Positions 38,294 to 50,750 of a stretch of DNA of 64,000 nucleotides are shown here, piece by piece. The DNA is from Sphagnum compactum (lineage: Eukaryota). Numbering within the stretch: position 1 is the stretch's first letter; each line of letters opens with the position of its first letter. The notes below the pieces were generated by a model. That model was not told where the DNA came from. It ran no database searches and saw nothing but the letters and a program-made list of their open reading frames with translations. A program made the translations under genes and the position numbers. The DNA lies in NCBI GenBank assembly GCA_965153455.1, contig OZ234493.1:24108213-24172212 (forward strand). Reading direction: 5' to 3'.

Positions 38294-40805
38294 CTGCATT
38301 TCCAAATCTAGGATCTCAGTTCTGACAATGGACGCAGACAACACAGATATCAGTCCTGCTAGGGAATGCTATAACTTACTCATCTGGAGATGATTGGCAA
38401 GCATAAGATACAGCTCACCAAGACAGAAAACGCCTTTGAAGAACCATATGAAGAGGTCCTAGAGTCTGGCATTTTATTTGGGCATTGAGTCTAAAATAAT
38501 GGTGCCTGGAACTGATTTGGGAGGGATGGCAGGTGCAGGAACTTGGTGGCATTGGAGCACCAACATTTCAAGTTCTTGATCCTGAAGGCAAATCTGTTGC
38601 CATTTTATGGGGCCAAGATCAGCTGAACATTGTTGCTGATCTTCTATGTGGCTGGCGCCCTAGGCTCGGTTCCACATGCTTCCACAACTTCTAAACTCTT
38701 CTCCAAGTCAAAACTTTGATATTCACAAGTGTTTAAATTATCATGGTAAGTTGTCATTTGCATTGCAGCAACACAAGGTCCTGTTGGATCCAAGTAACAG
38801 TCAAGTTGGTGTCTTTGGTGAGATTGGACTCCTCGAGAGAGAAGGGGGTGACAAACCTGTGCATTAGGCACGGGGTTCAGACTAGTAATATTTGATTCCA
38901 ATTCTGGAACTACTTCCAAAAGTCAGTCTCAATTTTGATTCAGCCTTTCCTAACCATAATCGGAACTAGGCTAGTGATTCTAACCCTCCAAACCAAGTAA
39001 CCGCCCAACACTGGTAAAACAGCCTCACACATGTAGAAGCCATTTATTTACCCAATACTAGCCTCTTGTCTTACCTATAACCTACTTTATTAGAATGGCA
39101 AGATGAAACTGAATATTAAAATTATCCATGAAGTGATTTTCACTTTGGGCCTCACTCTATCAACTCAACCTCCCTTTCGAAGGTTAGGGCCTACATAGGG
39201 GGCTACCTAGGGCCTTCCAAGGTTAGGGGATACACAAGGGATATCTAGGAACTACAGAGGGCCTATTTCTAAGGGAGCTAGCTAGGGATTTCCTATGTTA
39301 AGAGGTACCTAGGTGTTACTAAGGAGGTTACTTAGGAACACCTAGGGGCCTACTTTGGTATAGGGAATTCCCACATCTCAGCATGGCTGGCTTGCAGCCA
39401 TGGAGTACATGGAGAAACTGACCTTGAAGGCATGGAGTTGTCCCTGCCAATGAAACTCGGAGTGTGCTAGCTAGCTAGCTACCCAGGACTAATCTCCCAC
39501 ATGGAGTTCATATATGCTACATTCTAGCCAATTGTCCATAAGGGTCTGAAAGACTTCAGCCTCACTATTTGTAAACTCCAGCAAGTTGAACATTAGGGAC
39601 TATACAATAACATAGCCACAGGTTCATACAAGTGAGGTGACAAAAGAAACCTTTTCACCAACCATGATAGAAGAATGTCCATAGCAACATGGTGATTGTT
39701 GTAGACAAGATGAGAGCTGCCAATTTGTCTTGGAACTTGAGTTTCAATTGAATCTAGCTAATACACTCCGACATCAAGATATGGCGTGAAACATTTTTTA
39801 TGTAAGTGGCGGGAAAAGCAAACAGCTAACAATGTCTATTGGAGGAACTAAGCTGAAATTGTGAAGAAGTTGGCATTTCCCTAATTGACATATTTCAGAA
39901 ATCTATGTTTCTTGCCAACAAATTACAATAAGATTTGAAGTACAACCAATTACAGAGATAACCTTGAAGACAGGTGAACTAGAGAGCAATCAATCCACTA
40001 ATTCAAAGCTTGAAAGCTGAACAACTCAATACCCTACACTATTGGGAGACCAAAGACTTGTCTCTGACTCTCTGGGGCTTCAGCTACAAAAAGCTGGAAA
40101 CTTGGAAAAGCTTAAGCAGGATGCCCAATGGCAATTACAAAAACCATGTATGATATAGGACCTTAAACCAACATACATGAAACATGCAGAGAAGATATTG
40201 AAGGAATTTGCAATCTTTACAATGTTCATTGAGATCTCAAGAGAAGTGCCATCTAATTGAAAACCAAACTTTCGTTCTACCCTTTTGTCCCCAAGACTCA
40301 TGCAATAGAAGCTAATTTTTTTTGTACTACAATTCAAATAACAGATTCTGTGAAGACAAAAAAGTGTTGCAAGATGGTAAGGTGACTGTTATGTTTTGGC
40401 TGCAGGGTTTTTTCATCATTGAAATAATAAGGTGACTGTTATCTTTGGCCAGCAAAAAACTAAATACACTGCCACTTGCAGGAAGACTGAAGTTCAATAC
40501 AAGATGTATTCTGTATCTTCCTCCAAATCACACATCTCAGCTGACTGTTGAAGTCTTGACATCTGCGACCAAGCAAAAGCTTGCTCAGAATATCAAGATG
40601 GCTTACTGAATTGTACATTGTTTTGCCAGGGTGTGGATGATGATACATCTTTTTTATAAATTTTGCAGCTCCTAGACAGCTTCACTGTCAAACAGAAATA
40701 TTTCAAAGTGAAAAGATTGCAGTGATGTCAACAGACATTTGGCATAATACTTCTTGCAAGTGGTGAGCACTTCAAAATCAAACACAAACTGATTAACATT
40801 CTTCA

Positions 40806-43560
40806 TCAACGCTCATGTACTGTGTTTCTGCGCATTTCTGAGAGAGGAAGCCGCTCCTGAAATAAATGAGGTGGTGACACCTTCAAGTTGGATGCAGATG
40901 GTGGCCTTGACATCTTCACCGAATATCTTCCATCAGTTCTGCCCCTTGTTGAATTGGGTTGAACATGAACATTCGCATTGTTCTCCTGGAGGGAAGTGTC
41001 ACTACTGTATGCACTATTTGATCTTCTGCTTGGCTTCCTTTGCTTGAACCATTTCTGTTTCAAAGATCTCTCAACCTCACTTATTGTCATCTCACTTGTG
41101 CTTGACAAAAGTCTTTCATCCTTTGCTTTTGGTGGTCCATCAAGGGAGAGGTTGGATTGTGACCTAGGAGAGCATCCTGCTCCTCTCCTGTCGTTCTCTC
41201 TGCTCACTTCCATAGTTGATTTTTGTAAGGGGCTTTGAACCCTTGGTGTTGCTACCATTTGAGAATCTGCAACCCTTTGTAGTGACCCGCAAGCCATGCA
41301 TTGTTCTGTGTCATCAAACTTGAAAGCATTTGAAGCACATGCATTGCATAAGAATTTCCCTGTTGATCGGTTCTGGGTCAAGGGCATTTGGCACCATTTT
41401 GCACATTCGTGGCACTCTTCAAAATCAGCAGAGATGTTACATGTACAAATGTCACTGGTACTTTCCCTCAAAACTGGTTTCAAGACCAGAACATAGGCAT
41501 GGTTTCCACCAGCTTGTAGAAACGGACCCTGTTCGCAAACAAACTGGCTCTTCAGTCCTTTCATTCTGGCGCAAACTTGTGCCATCTCTAACTCCAAGTC
41601 TTTGATCTTCTGTTGTGATAATTGAGCTTGCACTCGCCATTTTTCCTCCTGGTTTTGAAAATGCTAGATCAGACAGATGACAATTGCACAGCTGAGGAAT
41701 ATCTTACTGAAAGTGCTGGGTGGTATCTGTTTATCCCAGCGTTGACTGAAGCATCTGGCTGTTTCGAACGAGACAGCTAAAATATCTACAAGAAGAAATA
41801 GGGATTTCTTGTGAAGCAGCAGAGAGGGTAAGGGAGATCCCTTGGAATAGGAGTAAGATGAGTTGAGACCTAACCTTGGGTAAAGCAAATAAAACCACTA
41901 CTGAAAATAGATTTGCAGAAACATTCCTGCAAAGAAATTGGAATGCACTACCTCAATTTGCAAGATGGCAGACTTGGATTCTGCATGAAGGGCACGCTGT
42001 TCCCAATTGTCACAGTTCTGCTGCAAGGTCTTCATCTCATCCTTTATATGCTTCAGCACTCCCTGAATTTGTGCCCACTCCTCTGCATCGGCCTTGACCT
42101 GCCACAGCCTCAGTGGTCAGATACATACAGTGCATGAAAAGGATGACACAGTTTTGAGCTGAAAACTTCTGACAGATCATATTCCATCCTAGAACTCAAT
42201 GCAGAAAACATATGCAAAGCAAAATGTAGGCAGGCTAAGCATTCAACATTTGTGCAGATAATCACAAGAAGAAAACTTGGACCAAAAAAATACTGCAAAT
42301 TTATGAATAAGACCTGGTCAGTAGTGTATCACGAATCTGCAAGATTTCACCTGTGTAACTATCTTGTCAATGGTCTCCTTCTGCTGTCTATCATCGACTT
42401 GAGTCTCTTGCAACAGCATCCTGTCCCGTTTGATCTTGCCCTTATGCTTCAAAAACATTTGAGCTATAATATCTCAGAAGCACATTGACTGCATCTCCTA
42501 ACCATATTGAGCATCACATGTAACCCTCTAACTGCAACCCTCCAAATTTTCTTGTCATATGGTTCATGATTCTTTCTCCCTCGGAACACAAAATAGAGAT
42601 TTCCATTACTCAAGATTCTGAATTTCGCACCTAATCTATTCCCCCAGGAGAAGTTCAATCATGGAAAGAGAGATAACCAAGGCAGAGGAGGTTGAAGGTC
42701 TAAGGTTGACGATCAAATTTCTCTACAATTTCCCTTGCCATTCTGCACAATTGGAGCTCTTAGAACTTTGATTTTAGATCTATGTTGCACAGCATTGGAA
42801 CTCTCCCTTGAATAATAGCCTTGGGACCTGATTCTCTCTCTACCTGCTGTTGTGGCTCTCTGGACATTTTGAGCTGCTGAAATTTATGGAGCCGGTCAAC
42901 CCCGCCGTCTTCTTCTTTCTTCCTATTCGGAGTGCAGGGTGCTGAAGCTGCGCCTCTCATCGTGGCCTGCACGCACAGAAAGGAAAACAACGAATCTAGA
43001 CAGTCACAGATGATTCATTTTCTGAGTTTTTCTTCAAATGCTTGGCAAGCCGCTCTACTTTCTGTCGGGACTACAAGAGCCAGTACGAAACTTCAAGCCT
43101 CTATGTATGCAGAGGAGAAATACCAAAAGAAAAAAAAAAAGGCAATGCAGAAAACTCAATCCTACTCTCGAAGGTCTTTAAAAGATGGAGAGAAGAGGTA
43201 GATTGATAGTTTACAACTGTCTCTCACATTTCGCCCAGTCCTCTGTTCTCCGCAGAACCAAGAGCACAAAAAAACACAGAAGAAAAGAAAAGAAAACAGT
43301 TTCACCTCGAGTATGGTCTCAACTGACCCTCGCAGCGTCTGCACCATTTCCGTCGCCTTCGCCATCTCCATGCATTGCTGCCTCCACCTCTGCATTGCCA
43401 GCTCCTTCTCCATTCCCAAAACCTCACACTTAGACTGCAACAAGGCTGCCCATGATTCCTTCTTTACCGGTCCATCTGCTCCTCTTCCAGCAGCAGCAGT
43501 AGTCGCAGACACATGACTTCCCGTATCGTCTGCAACAAGCGCAATCTCTCCGTGCTCCAT
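40806..43560 (-). CDS. Plant coiled-coil protein of unknown function (~485 aa). Exons 43560-43306, 42966-42844, ~42446/42440-42351, 42098-41952, 41648-40806
   Basis: In-frame phase-0 exons with heptad-like segments (KIVTQVKADAEEWAQIQGVLKHIKDEMKTLQQNCDNWEQRA) and an 843-nt last exon; the exon 3 acceptor (AAG) is uncertain. Confidence 0.75.
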
Positions 43561-44282
43561 CGGTCCCTACAACGGCAACAACATCGTGCCGCTGCTCTTC
43601 ACTTATTACTCGCACAATTGTGCGATTTTGCTGTTGAGTCCAGTTCTCGTTTGAAGTTTGTTTCGGGTGTCTTTGGTTTGGGCCTTTTGTATAAAAGCAC
43701 ACTTTGGTGGCCACTATTACTAACTGTAACAGTTCGGTGTTGTTTTGAGGAATTTTTTTTGGTGTAGCCTAAGTGACTAGCATCCAGCTTTTTTTTTTCC
43801 ACAATTTTGTGGTTTCCAAAGTTTTGCGAATTTTTCCAAATTTTTCTCGAATTTACACTTATTAAAAAATTTCCAGAAATTTCCAAAGTTTTTTGTCATC
43901 ACACTGTGAAAATTCGCCCAAAAACAAATGCTGCAACCACCCATAGGAAGATGTTAAAATAATGGCAATTTTTTTATAGGAAAATTTAGCCAAATATGGC
44001 TATAAAACAGATATGAAGTGCAAATCTTTATTCAAGCTTTTGTATTTATTGTTACACAATGAAAAGCAAATATAGAAATCTGGCAAAAAAATTTCCTATT
44101 TTACCTCACTTCTAGCAATTGAAACCCTCCAAAGTCACTTCATTTTTAAAATATTTTTTTTATTTCTCTTTTTGACAAAAAAATTTTACCAGTGAAAAAA
44201 AGGCTGCTATGGTTACTGATAATTTCACAGTGAATTTTCGCATTTTTTAAACCTGAAAAATACAATTTTGACACATACCATA

Positions 44283-44456
44283 GTACCTTGGCAGCATCGA
44301 TACTAGGCTAATCATTTTCAGAAATGATATTTTTTTCAAAAACAAAATTTGTGAAAGGAAAATATTGAATCTTCAGGAATATATTCTGTTTGATGAAATG
44401 AAAATTTCAAAACTAATTAATTATTCAACAGACGTGTGTCCAAGTTGCCAAGGTAC
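44283..44456. mobile_element. ~175-bp MITE with TIR GTACCTTGGCA and TA flanks
   Basis: TA|GTACCTTGGCAGC...GTTGCCAAGGTAC|TA; a second copy is at 53982-54158. Confidence 0.8.
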
Positions 44457-47049
44457 TATTCTACAAGGGATTCTTGTGAAAAAAAAGTCCCTAATTTGCC
44501 AGATTTCCGGAAAAAAAAAGAAAAAAGAAAAAAGTTAAAGCCATCAGATTTCGAGAGCCAGTTCCAGCACGTAGCCAAAAAATAAAAAGGGCTCTTAAAA
44601 TAAGAAGGGTCTATAGCCAGATTTGGAAAATATTTCTGTGGATGATCGCCAGTTTGGCTACATCACAAAAAAATTGGAAAAGAAAAGAAAATTCCTACCC
44701 CCGATCTCCTTTGACGTCGGTATTGGAAATTGTAATTTGTGCCACAAACTAGGTCCACCTGGTGCATGTGAGCACGGCTCCCAAATCAAACTTCATCACT
44801 CAAGCAATGAAGCATCACACGTAATTAGGTTGAAGAATTTAACTTCTTGGGGAGTGAGAGTCTGACTCCTGCACCAGGCACCTGGTGCATGTGAGCTTGG
44901 GTTCTGAATCAAACTCCACCGCTAGAATAGAGGACACTTCAGCTCTACGATAAAAAGAAACCTTCTTGGAGAGAGAGAGAGATATATATATATATATATA
45001 TGACTTGGCAGGTGTTTTGAGCAAGTGTAAGAGTTAGGGAAACCAAACCCAAATTGGGCTCCCCCAAGTGGGTTTTTATTCATGGGTTAACCATAGTAAG
45101 TTAACTTTGACATGTGGTTAGATTTGATTTTGAAAATGGAAGAGGTCTGTCTACATGGACTTCTTTTCACATCCAATGAATTCTTTTCTAGCCTAGTGTT
45201 TTGAGATCTGAAACTTGAAACCTCAGAAGTTGCAGTTTGTTGTTTGGCCAGCTACCACATTGGGTTTGGCATATAGAGGTGCAGGTCCGGACGACATCTG
45301 GAGACCAAATTCTGGAGGTGACATTATGTCACACCAAGAATTAACTGTAGACCAAGGTATTTAGGGTTTCTTCTAGGCTAGGCCTCCTTTCAGGCAGTCC
45401 TCCCATTTCCTTATTTGATATGCTTCTTGCGACAAGAAAGAGGGGGTTGGGAACTTGATGTTCCCCTTGTGGTTCGCCCTCTTCTTCGGTGGTTCTTTTG
45501 TCTTCTTGGAGATGGGTCCTTCCATTTTGTTCCTTGTTTTCCCCCTCTCTTTTTTTGGGTACTTCTTTTTTCCTAGTTTGCCCTTTTTGCCCGATCCATG
45601 TTTTCTTGAAGAAGATGGATGATGCCCAAACATGCAAAACATTGCAACTGTTTTTTTCCTTTGTATTTTTGGGTCCCTCACCTGCCCTAAGAAAACCTGT
45701 TTCATGGACAGCCAGGAGGAGAAACTTCACACATGTGGAAGTTATTCTGGGGGCTATCAGAGGAACTTCCACAACTTGGAAGGTACCCACCAGGCTCTCA
45801 TTTTTATAGATTAAAATTCGTTGTGCTGTTATACATAGCAGTCACAAAAATGGGCAGTCAGGGAAAAAAAGAAGCAGACCATACTTTTGTACCAAATGCA
45901 ATAAGGACGCTTTTGCTAATTTACAGTCTCCCCACACACAAGAACACTACACTGCTTGGGTGTTACCCTACACAGAAATAGAAAGGAAAAAAACAAAGCT
46001 GTGACTTTGAATGCCCATAACTCTGACACTAGCTACTTATGGACAAAGAAAACGGTGACCTGCATTGTTGTGACACTGCTTGCTTGCACACTACTTACAG
46101 ATGCAGAGCCTATTTCGTATGTACTTAGGCAGCAGAGGCTGTTTTTGCTGACAGAAACATTGATGAAAAACACAAAACCACCACCCAACTCTAATTTCCA
46201 CTTGTTTAATGCCCACTCAATGAGCCTGGTTTTCAACTACCCACCTCTACCAATCCAAATGTTAGGGCTCTGGACATTGGACCAGGTGAATAGTAAATAG
46301 CTCTGCCAGCTTAACAAGGTGTTGAATATGTGTGGGCCCTACCATACCACCTACTAATAGAAAAAAGGGGGTCACCTAGAGGTTAATTGAATGTACATAT
46401 ATGTGAAGCATATGTGAATGAATTTGTAATATATGGACTGAAAAAGGAAAGAAATCTTTAATATGTCTAGAAAGAGTGTGCAAGAGACTCAATTGTCATG
46501 GCAATAGTTTGAAAATGGGTATAGAGAACCCCCCTAGTGCTATTCTAAAATGGTTCCAGGGTAGTTTTTTTGGGGTGAAAGCACGTTACAATAAACATCT
46601 TGGGCAAATACGGTGTATCAGTTAAATACATATTTTTTATATTATTTTGGGGACTTTTTTTTTCATTTCATCTAGTGTTTTGAAAAACACATAAAATAAA
46701 TGTCTGACACAAGGTTTTGAACACAACTCTTGTTGCTTTTCAAATGAATTTTTTGTCAAACTTTTTCCTTTTCACACACTTATAGTTCTTTGAAAGAAAA
46801 ACCTCATCTAACTTTATTCTATAAAGTCACATGAATGGAACTTTTCATATGGAACTAAAATGGTACAATCAATTCATATTTAATATACGATTACATATTT
46901 CATGAAGTTTGACAATTGTTTCAATAACTTTTGAAATAAAATTGCACATTGTAATATATTCATATGAATATCACTTTCTAACAAATATACTCTTTAATCA
47001 TTTTGTTTCAATTTTAAAAATTAGTTTCTTTTGATAAGTTTATTTTTTG

Positions 47050-50000
47050 GACTTTGGACTTTGATCAATCTCTTATGAGCTAGGAGCTTGTTCATTATTA
47101 AGTTGAACATAATTAATATTAAAAGGTGCCTTTAATGAATTCAATGTTGTCATTTCAAAATGTTTTAAACTATTTGGTTATGTATTTCAATTGTCCAAGG
47201 CTTATTATCTTCTTCATTTGGTCTTTGACCATTTGAAGCCCCAAACATTAGTCAAGTTTTCCTAGGTCCTTCACGTCAAACTCGATTGAAGGGTTGCCTT
47301 TACTTTATATGATTTCATCAACATTCTTACTAACTATTATTAAGTCATCTATGTAAAACATATTAAGTGGACAACATACTCTTGTTCAAATCAAACATAA
47401 ATGCTAATAGACTTAATTTGTATTGTCTAAGCTTAAACCCCTTTTGCATTACAAAACCATCAATCTTTTCATCCATACCCAAGATGTTTGTTTCAATTCA
47501 TAAGTGGTTTTTTTAAGGTTTGCAAAAAAACTCCCTAAAATCAAGTTCTTCATACCTCTTTGGTTGTACCATGGGGATATAAACATCCTCCTTTAATTCA
47601 CCATCAAGGAAAGCTATTATCACATCCATTTGATAATTTTAAAAATCCAACATAGCTCTTATCTCCAATAGCACTTTAATTGAACAATATTTTATGACTA
47701 ACACAAACATTTCATCATGTCCCCTCAACTTATGAGTAGCCTCTCGCCACTATTCACATTTTGTAATGGCCAATTTCATTATTTTCCTTTCATTTTAGTT
47801 TTAAAACTCATTACAACCAATTTTTTTCTTCCTTTATGAAGCTTCACAAGCTCCTGGATGTCCTATTTTGTAGTAAAGAATTATACATTGCATTTATTAC
47901 CTATTTCCATTGCTTCCCATCTTGTTTTTTGGAGAGCTCTTATTAGTGTTTTAGTTTCATCCAAAATGCCAACATATGCATAGTGTGTGATCTTTGTATG
48001 TTGGTGCACTTTTCAATTTAGTTGACCATCTCACAACTTATTCATTTCTTGTTGTGCATGTATATTCACATGATGTAACTTGGTAGTTTAGGTTGATCTA
48101 GTTGCGGCATGGTGCCAACAATAAGCGTATTTGGTGTTCCATGGAATTGATTATTCAACTCTCATATCTTCATAAAATGTCTTTGAGTTGCATGTTCACA
48201 AGCTTTTGATCAAGTTCCCATGTCCATTTATTAACTTTCATTGAAAAATCTTTTTTCATAACTTCATTGAAGATCATATGGATTGACTAATGATTACCTT
48301 TCCTACTAATTTCTATGAGTCTTTAAGCTTTAGAATCGAAGTTGTGCCCTACAAATTCACATTTAATGCTTTAAGGTTCCAACTTAGTTCTTGCGTTCTT
48401 AAATTTCTGTGTATGCTACATATCCAAACACCCTCAAGTGATTTAGGAAAGACCTATTTCCATTCCATGCCTACTCAAACATCATTCCATTCACAACTTT
48501 GTGGGGGCTTCTACCTTTGAGGTAGATTGTTGTGTTCACCCCATAAACTTCTACCCATAATTTTTTATTCAAACCACCATGCCGCAACATACTTCAAAAT
48601 GTTTCCATAATCATTTGATTCAATTGCTTTGCTATTGGACATTATGTTGACAAATGTAGGTGTAAACTTTTGATGTTGAATCCCATGAACTTTCAAAATT
48701 CTTCACACTCCTTGGAGGTACATTTTCCACCATCATCTCTTGTTAGGATTTTCAAATTTCTTCTAGTTTGAACTTCAAGATATTCTTTGAATTCCATGAG
48801 CTTGGAGAAACATTCTCCTTTTCTTCATAAAAAATGGGCCCAACCATGATAATAAGAAAATCTCAAATATAACCAATCCATTTTTGTGTTTACAAGTTTC
48901 ATAAATTAAGTTAATATTGAATTTTTTTGTTATATTTGGACATTACAAATTACATTCTAATTTATCAATTTAACATTTGGATAAGTTTGAAAATAATCCA
49001 ATAAGTATATAATACATTTTAGCACATTAAATGGATTATTAGCTTGTAATCAATGTTGTTCATGTTTTAAAAAATTATGATATAATGTAGTTTAAAATTG
49101 TCTAAATAATACATTGTTCAACATTGCTTCAAAACCTTTTGACTAATCTTGTGTTGTCACATCAATTTATCAAGATCATTAATCACACACTACTTTAAAA
49201 GGCATCGACAAGTCCTTTTATTGTTTTGCACCCAAGTAACAAAATGTTATCCAAGAATAGTCATTGGTGAAGGTTAAGAACTACTACACTCTAAAAAAAA
49301 AACGATTTTAGGTAGTTATTAAGGCCATTTGGTGAAATCTCGGGTTTTTGGTACTTAAATGAAATAGGAGCAAAAAATGAACATTTCAATTTTGCAACAT
49401 TGAGTGATAAACAAATTGTAAGTTTCTATCATGCAAAATCTTCAAGCTTGCCAAAAAAATACAATTTCAAACACAAAACAAAATGCAAAAAACAAATGGA
49501 AGAGATGACTTCAAGAATATTCTTTCAAATCTCCAACATCGAAATCATAGAATTACAAAATTGATGATACATCTTGATTCCCTAGGTTTCCCCATATAAA
49601 ACCTTTAAAGCAATAAAAAATGGTGGAAATCCCAAAAATCTAGCGGAATCTCAAAAATCTTTCTAAAACTTATTGTAAATCCTATCTAAAAATCTTTATC
49701 TAAATTTAGTTTACTTAGTTAACTTTTTGGTCTAAAAATATACACATTGAAAATTGATAATACGTTTTTGGTAACATAAAACTGGTAATAGTTTTCAATA
49801 GTGATTTTTAGTACGAATTTTGGATAGTGATTTTCCATAGCACTTTTTCGATAGTGATTTTTAGCAATAGTTTCCAATAGTGAATTTCCATAGTAGTTTT
49901 TAGTAACAAATTTTTGGTGGCACTTTTTGGTAATAGATTTTTGGTTGCACTTTTCGGTAATAGATTTTTGTAGCAATTTGCTATATTGGTTTCTAATAGT

Positions 50001-50750
50001 AGGTCTTTGATACTAATTTTTAGTATTGGTTTCTAGTAGTCAAAATTGATATTGACAATTCTTGTCCTAAAAATCCTAACACTTAAATCTTTGATAGTAA
50101 TCCCAAAACATTATAATGAACTATCTCAACATTTCAATAACTTTCAATCCTCTCTCCTTAGGAGACAATTTCATGTGTTATTTTTTGAATACGCAACCTT
50201 TGCAAAACTCTAATTCTACATACATAAGCAAGGTCACAATTCTTCATAATTATTAAGCAAAATTGGAGCTAGTATATGGGACCCAATGACCTTTCTTCTC
50301 ACAATAATTACAAATTTTATAAGAAATATCTTTGGCACTTCTTTTAGAGCCTACACACTTTTGACATGTGTGAACAAGAGCTTATGTCACCTTTATTAAG
50401 ACATCACCTTTCATTCTTCTCATAAGTTATTTGTTGTATAATCTAGGTAATAATAACTTCTCATGTTAATTTAGTAGACTTGTAAAACTTTGAAAATGTG
50501 ACCAATAGTTGGTAACTATTAGATAAACACATAAAAAGTACATCACCACCTTGATTTCAAGCTTTTTTGGTATCATAGCTCCAATGGCATCAAGTTTTTT
50601 TGCCATTGCATCCAACCAAAACATTTGCATTTGTTTCAATAGGCCTTTGCTCATTCCAACTAACAAGACTTTAGAAGTCTCTTACCTTAAGCATAATGTC
50701 AATTTTGAATTTCCACATGTGTAATATATGTTCCTTTTGAACTTGTCAAC
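47050..50750 (-). mobile_element. Heavily decayed Ty1/copia retrotransposon (gag, integrase and RT remnants) with an internal AT-rich insertion
   Basis: RT motifs YQMDVIIAFLDGELKEDVY (~47.6 kb) and FYIDDL (~47.35 kb); integrase VNTTIYLKGRSPHK...NHLRVFGYVAY (~48.4-48.5 kb); gag-like KKLDAIGA (~50.6 kb); copia domain order; LTRs not found. Confidence 0.85.
49765..50040. repeat. Degenerate ~21-bp tandem repeat (TTTTGGTAATAGAT-like)
   Basis: Repeated TTTT(T/C)GGTAATAG / TAGTGATTTT units, e.g. 49921-49970. Confidence 0.65.

Noticed and set aside
43770-44690. Short dispersed repeats shared with 24040-24210 (TTAGCCAAAT.TGGCTATA, GTGATGT.GCCA.ACT.G.GATCATCCAC)
   Set aside because: They look like ordinary interspersed repeat fragments; their ends could not be defined and no special function is indicated
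45327-46075. Possible solo LTR (TGTCACA...TGTGACA) and the lysine-rich ORFs inside it
   Set aside because: The flanks CATTA and CTGCT give no TSD, and there is no second copy, PBS or PPT; the ORFs reflect T-rich composition
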